Source: Dehalococcoidia bacterium (GTDB taxonomy: Bacteria; Chloroflexota; Dehalococcoidia; DSTF01; WHTK01). From it: a DNA stretch of 39,135 bases. The notes beneath the pieces were generated by a model. It did not search any database, was not told the DNA's origin, and saw only the letters and a program-made list of their open reading frames with translations. Where the stretch lies: assembly GCA_036514755.1 (NCBI GenBank), contig DATBWN010000022.1, positions 1-39,135 of the forward strand, written 5' to 3'. Both the position numbers and the translations under genes were made by a program. Shown here in pieces: positions 30,465 to 37,900 of this stretch (within the stretch, counting starts at the first letter, position 1; each line of letters starts with the position of its first letter).

Positions 30465-30989
30465 TTAGGCAGTCGGCACCGGGTCGGTGGCCTCGTTTGG
30501 TTCCTTGCTGTCCGGGTCGCGCTCCCAGCCGTCCATCTCGATTTTGATCGTCTCGATGGCCACCGCATTCGCGTTCGAGTCGAGCTGGGGCAATGCCGTG
30601 AACTCGCTCACCCAGCAACCGTGGAGGAAGTAGCGGGAGGCGATCTGCCCCTTCTCGTTCATGACCTCGAGCGTCAGCTCCTTCTTGTAGCCGACGAGGT
30701 CCATCGCAGAGTCGCCCGCGTACGGGTGAACCGTGTTAGCCCAGGTCTCGAACTCGACATCGTGGGTGACGCCCCGCTCGAGGGTAAGCGCGTCATATTG
30801 CGTCCGGCCTGGAGACTTGTGATCGGTGCTGTTCTCGCCGCCGGAGCGGTGGGAGACGACCGTCGTCGCCCGGTGCAGCTGGCCGACCTTGCTCACGCCG
30901 AGGATCGGTTTGCCATCCCAGAGAAGCCGGAACTTATAGGTCTTGTAGGGGTCGATACGATGCGCGTTCTTGGGAAATCCGGTAGGCAT
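30465..30989 (-). CDS. Tail tube protein (T4 gp19-like; Afp1/Afp5-type)
   Basis: The diagnostic segment is IDPYKTYKFRLLWDGKPILGVSKVGQLHRATTVVSHRSGGENSTDHKSPGRTQYDALTLERGVTHDVEFETWAN. AAGGAG lies upstream of ATG 30989. Confidence 0.9.
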   Translation of the reverse strand: MPTGFPKNAHRIDPYKTYKFRLLWDGKPILGVSKVGQLHRATTVVSHRSGGENSTDHKSPGRTQYDALTLERGVTHDVEFETWANTVHPYAGDSAMDLVGYKKELTLEVMNEKGQIASRYFLHGCWVSEFTALPQLDSNANAVAIETIKIEMDGWERDPDSKEPNEATDPVPTA

Positions 30990-31010
30990 TGTCAGCTAGC
31001 TCCTTGGGCG

Positions 31011-33419
31011 TTATTCGGCCTGCTCAGCCATCTGCTGGATGCGGATCACGACAAACTCGGCGGGCTTGAGGGGTGCAAAGCCGACCTCGATGTTCACGAT
31101 GCCGAGGTTGCGGTCATTGGCCGTGGTGGTCTCGCCGTCGCATTTGACGTAGAAGGCTTGGTCGGGCGAGCTGCCCTGGAAGGCGCCCTGGCGGAAGAGG
31201 CCCATCATGAAGGCGCGCAGGTTCTTGCGGATCTGGGCCCAGAGCGGCTCGTCGTTCGGTTCGAAAACAACCCACTTCGTGCCGCGGAAGAGCGACTCCT
31301 CCAGGAAGAGGGCGAAGCGGCGGATCGGAACGTACTTCCATTCGGAGGGGAAGTCGTCATCGCCGTCCAGGGTGCGCGCCCCCCAGCAGACCAGGCCGCT
31401 GGGGAAGCGGCGCAGGGCGTTGATGCCGTTCTTGTTGAGAACGCCGTTCTCCTTGTCCGTGAGGTTTATCTCCAGGTCGGAGATGTTGCGGAGGCCCGCG
31501 TCCAGGCCGGCAGGCGCCTTCCAGACGCCGCGCGTGGAATCGGTGCGGGCCATCAAGCCGGCGAGCATGCCGGAGGGCCCGATCTTCTTGTTGACGCCGC
31601 CCTCGCGGTAGACGACGTTGGGGTAGAAGACAGCCGCGTTCCGCTTGACGATAGAGCTGCGGAAGGTGTTGAGAAGCGCCTCGTCCTGGACGATCGCCGG
31701 CCGCGGCGGCGCCGTCGAGGTAGTCCAGTTGTCGGGCGGATCGACGACGAGGAAGGCGCGGCGCTGCTCGCAGTACGTGCTGGCCGGCGCCCAGAGATCC
31801 GTGCGGTCCACTTCCTCGTCGCCGGGGAGAACCATCAGGTTGAACAAGTCGACCGGATCGAGGGCGTGGAACCCCGTCTGGACGGTCTCGTTGCCCAAGT
31901 ACTCGGCCGAGGTCGGCGCGGTGCCGTCGTCGCCTGCGGCGCCGGCAGTCTGGAAGAGGCCGGCGGCGGCCGCGCCCAAGGGGTAGCGCCGGACGTTGAG
32001 CGTCATGTTAGCGCCGCCGAGGAAGGCATCGCCCGCTGAGACGATGGCGCTGGGGGCGGCGTTCGGCGTGCCACCTCGGCCCGCGATCGCGAAGTGGTAG
32101 CCCCAGACCTCGGCCTGCCAGCCCTGGCGGGCATCGTTCACGGCCGCCGCAAGCAGGCGGAGCTTCTGCCGCACGCCATCGAAGCCACCGCTGGAGTCGA
32201 TCAGCCATTCGTCGGCATAGTGCGCCGGCGGTGCCGTTCCGCCCTGAGGAACCGACGTGGCCGGGATGGTGGCCTGGATGGCCTGGCCGCCGCTGATCGA
32301 GATTGAGGTAATGGCGGCCTGCGCCTTGCCGGCCAACTCGACGAGGTCGTTCAAGTCGGCGAAGAGCGAGGCGGTAGGCTCGGGACGGAAGTTGCTGAAG
32401 CGCACCGGCTCGATGCCGCCCTGGTCGAGGCCGAGCATGAGCTTACCGGCGATGTCGTTCTGCGGGCTGCGTCGCACGCGGACGCTGCGCGGACCGCCGC
32501 TGGCAGCGGGCGTATCCGAAACGATACGCACAGCGGCGAAGCTGCCGCTGGCGGAAACGGCGCCGGCAACTCTCTGAGGCAGGCCAGCAGCGGCGAGCTG
32601 AGGGTTGATTAGATCGCGGAGCCGGGTGGCGAGGTCCTGAGGCTGCCAGGCGTTGGGTAGGCCGCCGGCAGCGAAGACCTGCGAGAGATCGATAGCAACC
32701 CACTGCGTGTCGTCAACGTTGAGCTCGATCATGAAGGACGTCTGCGCGAATAAGGCCTGAACCTCGGCTCGAAAGTCGGCGATGGGCGCAGTCTTGAATG
32801 CTCGCGTCTGGCTGAAACCGGCGAAGCTGTTGTTGATGTCGGTGAGATCGGTCGCGCCGCCGGCGGCGACGTCCGGGTGAAGGGCCAGATTCACCAGCTC
32901 CGAGCTGCGCGAGACAAACGCCGGTGCGAAGCGGGTCGAGCCCGGGTCCATGGACAGGCCGATGTGCGTTTCGCGGCTGGCCTCGCGTTCGCCGTCCATC
33001 TGGATGACGACCAGGTTGAAGGTCTCGTCCGGCTGGGGCGTGTCGTAGTTGACCTCCAGCTGGATGCCGTTGCCGAGGCGCCCTTTCGACTTGGCCGAGA
33101 TGTTGAGCACGTTCGTGCCTGCGAGGCTCTTGAGCGTGGTCGCCGCTGCCTGGGCGCCTTTGGCCAGCCGCACGACGTAGCATTCGGTGCCGCCGTTGGC
33201 GAAGAACATGCGCACGCTCTGGGCAAGCTGGCTCTTGGCGTGGGGGGCGCCGAAGGTGCGCTCGTAGTCGGCGAAGCTGAGGCAGCGGACGGCCTTGTCC
33301 ATCGGTCCCTTGGTGGCGCGGCCGAAGAAGGCGCCGATCGACGTGGATACGCCGGTGATTGTGTGTACGCCGCTTGGCACCTCCACGACGTAGACGCCTG
33401 GGTAGCTGACCTGTACCAT
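31011..33419 (-). CDS. Contractile tail sheath protein (Afp2-4-type), unusually large at 802 aa
   Basis: The true start is ATG 33419, 7 nt after AAGGAG. It gives MVQVSYPGVYVVEVPSGVHTITGVSTSIGAFFG, the canonical sheath N-terminus. The C-terminal domain contains GVWKAPAG...CWGARTL...NIEVGFAPLKPAEFVVIRIQQ. The ORF-track 876-aa version carries a 74-aa Arg/Cys-rich extension that I consider spurious. Confidence 0.9.
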   Translation of the reverse strand: MVQVSYPGVYVVEVPSGVHTITGVSTSIGAFFGRATKGPMDKAVRCLSFADYERTFGAPHAKSQLAQSVRMFFANGGTECYVVRLAKGAQAAATTLKSLAGTNVLNISAKSKGRLGNGIQLEVNYDTPQPDETFNLVVIQMDGEREASRETHIGLSMDPGSTRFAPAFVSRSSELVNLALHPDVAAGGATDLTDINNSFAGFSQTRAFKTAPIADFRAEVQALFAQTSFMIELNVDDTQWVAIDLSQVFAAGGLPNAWQPQDLATRLRDLINPQLAAAGLPQRVAGAVSASGSFAAVRIVSDTPAASGGPRSVRVRRSPQNDIAGKLMLGLDQGGIEPVRFSNFRPEPTASLFADLNDLVELAGKAQAAITSISISGGQAIQATIPATSVPQGGTAPPAHYADEWLIDSSGGFDGVRQKLRLLAAAVNDARQGWQAEVWGYHFAIAGRGGTPNAAPSAIVSAGDAFLGGANMTLNVRRYPLGAAAAGLFQTAGAAGDDGTAPTSAEYLGNETVQTGFHALDPVDLFNLMVLPGDEEVDRTDLWAPASTYCEQRRAFLVVDPPDNWTTSTAPPRPAIVQDEALLNTFRSSIVKRNAAVFYPNVVYREGGVNKKIGPSGMLAGLMARTDSTRGVWKAPAGLDAGLRNISDLEINLTDKENGVLNKNGINALRRFPSGLVCWGARTLDGDDDFPSEWKYVPIRRFALFLEESLFRGTKWVVFEPNDEPLWAQIRKNLRAFMMGLFRQGAFQGSSPDQAFYVKCDGETTTANDRNLGIVNIEVGFAPLKPAEFVVIRIQQMAEQAE

Positions 33420-33486
33420 CTGGCTGCTCCTTCCGATAGTCGCCCGTCTGTGAGCTTGCTTTGTCGCCGGAGCGACTGCCCCGCCT

Positions 33487-33702
33487 CTAAGCCTCTGCCC
33501 GTCCGCACCTCTTGGCTCGGCCGGCCAGCAAGGAACGCATCGCATCCTTGAGGCCGTCAAGGCCGACGAAGCGCACCACGCTCGCTCCTTCCGTGTCCGC
33601 CAGTTCGCCGCGCCGCAGCGTGCCCTGCCTGTCCACAACAAGGCGCGCGATCACCGTCACGTACTGGCTCCCAGCAAGGTCTTCGGAGTGTGATAGCGCC
33701 AC
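33487..33702 (-). CDS. Small hypothetical protein (71 aa from GTG 33702; the ORF-track version starts at ATG 33780)
   Basis: GAGG lies 5 nt before GTG 33702. The segment YVTVIARLVVDRQGTLRRGELADTEGASVVRFVGLDGLKDAMRSLL resembles a family of small proteins of unknown function that I recall from high-GC Gram-positive and Chloroflexi-type genomes. This recall is uncertain. The ORF sits between the regulator and the sheath gene. Confidence 0.35.
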   Translation of the reverse strand: MALSHSEDLAGSQYVTVIARLVVDRQGTLRRGELADTEGASVVRFVGLDGLKDAMRSLLAGRAKRCGRAEA

Positions 33703-33789
33703 GCGTGCCTCGGTTCGGAAGGGACGACACCGCACCCGCTGATATAGCAGGCATCCCTGAGGGCAGCCTTGGCTGCTCATGGATGAGCC

Positions 33790-33808
33790 GTGATTTTCGA
33801 GTGATCTT
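33790..33808. promoter_or_regulatory. Direct repeat GTGATTTT / GTGATCTT with 11-bp phasing in an AT-richer patch; candidate SARP operator
   Basis: The repeats are at 33790-33797 and 33801-33808 (minus strand: AGATCAC TCGA AAATCAC). They lie 14 nt downstream of the regulator stop codon and upstream of the small ORF and sheath operon. SARP-family activators typically bind direct heptamer repeats spaced one helical turn apart. A TGCTATATC element (extended -10-like) lies on the minus strand at 33749-33741. Confidence 0.25.
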
Positions 33809-33821
33809 TGGCTGAGGTCGC

Positions 33822-34658
33822 TCAGATGCTCGCCGGGTTGACGCGGATTTGCTCGTAGAGGGCAAGCGTCGCGGGCTCCGGCGCCGCGTCAAACTCGGAG
33901 CGGAGAATCTGCTGACAGAGACGGAACTGGCGCAGGGCCTGGGCGCGTTCACCGAGTTGGACGTGACAGCGCATCACCAGCCGGTGCGCGTCCTCCCGAC
34001 ACGGGTCGTGCTCCAGGAGCTGGAGCGCCAGGCGAAGGCAGGACTCGTGGTCTAGCTGGCTGTGGTAATAGGAGGCGGCGCGGGCGAGCAGCGTCAGGTA
34101 GCGGGCGCGCAGGCGCTCGCGCTCGATGAGGGCCTGCTGGTCGTCGCCGACTCGAAGGTCGCCGCCGTACAGGTTAATCGCCTGGAGATAGGAGGAGATG
34201 GCGGCGTCTGGCTCCTGGCGAGCCTGCCGGTCGCCTCTAGCGGCGAGCTCATCGAACCAGGCGATGTCGACGCCCACGCCGGCCTCCGCGTTGAGCGAGT
34301 ATGAGCCATAGAGGCAAAGCACTGGGGGAGCGCCCTCGAGCGCGTCGGCCAGCTGCTTGCGGAGGCTATGGACGAGACTGTTAAGCGCCTGGCCTGAAAG
34401 GAGGGGGTCGGCGTTGGGCCAGACTTCGCCCAAGACGACCTCGCGCGGCACGCGCCGGCGGTACCGTAGGCCGAGGCTGGAGAGAAGCGCCTCCGTCCGG
34501 CCGCCGCTGCGCAGGGCAACCGGCGAGCCGTTCTTGAAGATCGAGAAGGTGCCGAGCAGGCACACGAGGACCGGCCAAGGGGCCGCGCCGGAATGCGCTC
34601 CGGCCTTCAGAGCGTCCCAGGTGAGGTGGCTGCTGTCTTCACTCGGCGTATTGGCCAA
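33822..34658 (-). CDS. SARP/AfsR-DnrI-type transcriptional regulator (OmpR-like winged helix plus BTAD domain)
   Basis: TTG 34658 lies 7 nt after GAGGA. The winged-helix pattern is LLGTFSIFKNGSPVALRSGGRTEALLSSLGLRYRRRVPREVVLGEVWPNADPLLSGQALNSLVHSLRKQL. The BTAD pattern is DIAWFDELAARGD...AISSYLQAINLYGGDL...ERERLRARYLTLLARAA...LLEHDPCREDAHRLVMRCHVQLGERAQALRQFRLCQQILRSEFDAAPEPATLALYEQI. Confidence 0.85.
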   Translation of the reverse strand: MANTPSEDSSHLTWDALKAGAHSGAAPWPVLVCLLGTFSIFKNGSPVALRSGGRTEALLSSLGLRYRRRVPREVVLGEVWPNADPLLSGQALNSLVHSLRKQLADALEGAPPVLCLYGSYSLNAEAGVGVDIAWFDELAARGDRQARQEPDAAISSYLQAINLYGGDLRVGDDQQALIERERLRARYLTLLARAASYYHSQLDHESCLRLALQLLEHDPCREDAHRLVMRCHVQLGERAQALRQFRLCQQILRSEFDAAPEPATLALYEQIRVNPASI

Positions 34659-34942
34659 GACGTCGTCCTCAGGGCGGCACGCGGGCGGCGGGGAGGTTCG
34701 ACAGTTCCTGACGTAGCTATATCGGATGCGCCATCCTATTTACGGGTGGCCACGCCAGCCTGTCAAGATGGGCCCTTCATCGAATTCACCGACCTGTTGA
34801 GGCCCCGTCATCAAAGTTCTTGATTAGACGTAATGATCGCCGACGCCCTAGGCGTTCGTTGCTAATCTACCCGCCGATAAACGTCGCTTTCCCCTTTGTC
34901 GCGTCCGGCAGGCGAGCCGACTAGTTGCCCTCGGAGGGAGCC
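34659..34942. promoter_or_regulatory. Divergent intergenic region between the regulator gene and the RHS gene, with an AT-richer core (about 34710-34900)
   Basis: 284 bp separate two divergently oriented start codons. On the minus strand, TTGACA (34766-34761) is followed after 17 nt by GTAAAT, a weak candidate promoter for the regulator. I could not call a convincing plus-strand promoter. Confidence 0.3.
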
Positions 34943-37900
34943 ATGGGTGCGCGCCGATTCTTCTTGGCCCTCGCCTTCGCCATAGGTCTGCTCTGCGCCT
35001 CAGAGCGCGTCGGCGTTCAGCCGCTGGACGACGCGTTGTCGCTGAACCAAGCCGAGGCCGCCTCCGGCGCCACGGTGCCGACCCCGGCCAATGCCTCGTT
35101 TGACGCCCCTTCCTACATCGACAACTACCCGCCGAACTCAACATTCGAGCTAGAGGGCGAACCGGTTGGCACCCCACCCACGAACCACGACTTCGCGACC
35201 GGCGATTTCACGGGCTGGTCGTACGGCAGCCGAACGAGCGTGCGGGCAGGTGGACCAACAGGCTACTATGGGCGCCTCGGCAGTTCCAGTTGCGGCGGCC
35301 TTTCTGGAGATATAACGTCTTCGCCTTTCACGATCGATTCCGACACGCAGGTGATAAGCCTCATGCGGGCGTGGGTCGGACCCTGCACCGATACTAAGAC
35401 TTTCTTTGTCCGGGTAAAGGTTGGCAGCACCGTAACCGGCATTCACAGTAGCACCTGTGGGTGCATTACCGGTTTTGAGCGGATTGATCTCGATGTCAGC
35501 GCCTGGCGTGGACAGACAATTCAACTGTTCCTTAGAGGATACAGGGGCGTGGGCGTAACGAGTGTCGGCGAAATGCGCATAGAGCTTCCGGACTGGACCG
35601 TCGAGGATGGCCTTGCATTCCAGACCGCTGACGGGCCGACGGGCAACTTCGCCGCGCTGAACAGGAGTACGGCGATTCGCTCCCAGTCCTACACGCTCGG
35701 ACCCAACGCACAGTCCCTCAACCTTGACCTGAAGTTCCTCGATTCCCCGTCTGGCGGCAATAGCTTCAAGGTGTTCGTGATCCCAGACGGCGGCCAGGAG
35801 GTTCAGGTGTTCTCCAGAATCTGCTACTGCGCCACGGGCTGGGAGCATCATTCCATCGATCTGACGGATTGGGCGGGCCAGAACATCCAGATCAAGGCTA
35901 CGACTCACGTTGCCAGTGGACGGATCGCCGTGGACAACCTGGGGGTAGTTAACGTCGATCTGCCTGAGTGGACGGTTGTCAAAGGGTTATCCCGAGTCGA
36001 CTCTGGGGGACCAAGCGATAAGTACGCAGTCCTCTATGGAAGCGCCGGAAACGAGATCATCTCGTCTCCGTTTACTCTCAGCCTCGAGGCAACCAAGGTC
36101 AGGCTCTCAACTAAGTTTCTTAGCTTTGGATCGAGCGGGAATATCCTCAGGGTCTGGGTGCTTAGCGGACCTTCCTTTCAGACCCAAACGGAGGTGGCGA
36201 GTCGAATCTGCTACTGCGTTACCGAATGGGAGAAGCTATGGGCCAACGTCGCCAGCTGGGCGGGCCAGACGATCAAGCTCCGGATTACGCGCGACGTCAC
36301 GTCTAGCGGTTCCTTCGGCATAGATAACGTCGCCACCAACCTGCTGGAGCCGAATCTCGGCTTGGACCCGGAGTCGGAAGACACCGAGGACCCGATCAAC
36401 ACGAGCAACGGCAACTTCTACCACCAGCACACCGATGTCGCCATCCCCGCGAAGGGGCAGGTTCTTGGCTTCTCGCGGAGCTACAATTCCGCCTCAACCT
36501 ATAGCGGTGACGTGGGGTACGGCTGGGTTCACAACTACGCATTTAGCGCGGAGGTACAGACGGACAACTCGGTCATAGTCCGCTTTCCGGACGGCAGCAC
36601 GGCTCACTTCGCCGAAAGTGGAGGGAGCTACGTCGCGCCTCCCGGCGTTTTCTCGACGCTGGTGCAGAATGGCGACGGGAGCTTCACGCTCACGACCGTT
36701 TCGGCCCTCGAATACAACTTCAGCGCCGCCGGCGAGCTCACGAGCATCGTCGACCGCAACGGCAACGCCACGACGGTCTCTTACGATACGAACGGCTTCT
36801 TGAGCGCGGTTGAGGACGCCAGTGGCCGCTCCTTGACCTTCACGACTGACCCCAGCGGGCGAATCACAGAGGTCGCCGACCCGCTCGGCCGCACGGTTCA
36901 GTTCGAGTACGACGGTGCAGGTGACCTCGTAGAGGTCACGGACGTCAAGGGCGGGACGACAACCTACGCCTACAGCAATCACCGCATGACGTCTCTCGCG
37001 GACTCCAACGGCCACCTGCAGGTGACGAACGTCTATGACAACGCGAACCGCGTGGTGGAGCAGGCCGACGCGCTCGGTGGCGTCACCTGCGTCTACTACG
37101 GCTCTGGGCCGACCTTCACCAGCACGAACTGCCCCGGGGTCACTCCGACGCAGCAAGCGGGGCAGACCGTCGTCGTCGACCAGAGGGGCAAGAAGACGAC
37201 CTACGACTTCGACACCAGCTTCCGAACGACGAGCGTCACGGACCACGACGGCGGCGTCACGAGCTTTGGCTACGACTCCGACAGCAACCGCACCTGCGTC
37301 ACCGACCCGCTCGGCCACAAGACCGGCTTCACCTATGACAGCAACGGCAACGTCACGGGCGTCATCGACGCCGAGAACACGGACGCCAGCTGCGAGCTCG
37401 CCCAGGGCGGCGTCCAGTGGACTTACACCTACACCCCCCTCAACGACATCGACCTTGAGACCGATGCCCTCGGCCGGCAAGTCGATTACGCATATGACAC
37501 CGACGGCAACCTGACTCAGGCCATCCGTAAAGATTCCGGCGGCACGACGAAGCAGCGCGCGTGCTTCACGGTCCCCGCGTCCGGCCCCAACAAAGGTCTC
37601 GCGACGGAGGTGATCGAGTCGTCAACGCTCAGCGACTGCACCGGCAACGTCACGAAACTCGAGTACGACTCCTACGGTAACCAGGCGGCCGTCATCGACC
37701 CGCGCTTCTCCGGCCAGCAGACGCCGCCCAAGACGACGATGACCTACGACCTCGGCGGCCGCCGCCTCATGGTCACCAACGAGCTCGGCCACGCGACGAC
37801 GTTGACCTACGACAACCAGAACAACGTTCTCACGGTCGAGGACGAGCTCCTCAACGTCACAACCTACACCTACGACGCCAAGGGCAACCTCTTGACCATC

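Noticed and set aside
29668-30618. Alternative-frame ORF (316 aa) spanning the tube/chaperone junction, considered as a possible P2 E/E'-type programmed frameshift product.
   Set aside because: Its translation is Arg/Ser/Pro-rich with no domain features. I could not identify a slippery heptamer. It overlaps the 3' end of the well-supported tube gene. A frameshift cannot be excluded without computation, but nothing supports one.
2799-34658. Interpretation of the array as a defective prophage, an R-type pyocin/tailocin or a T6SS.
   Set aside because: A DUF4255 terminator, a dedicated AAA+ ATPase and leader-bearing toxin genes are present. Head, lysis, TssJLM and ClpV genes are absent from the window. 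This fits eCIS better. A tailocin cannot be fully excluded without seeing the flanks and lysis genes.
34842-34857. CCTAGG-centred near-palindrome (GACGCCCTAGGCGTTC) in the divergent promoter region.
   Set aside because: Only the central 6 bp are truly palindromic and the arms do not pair when checked base by base. The evidence is insufficient for an operator.
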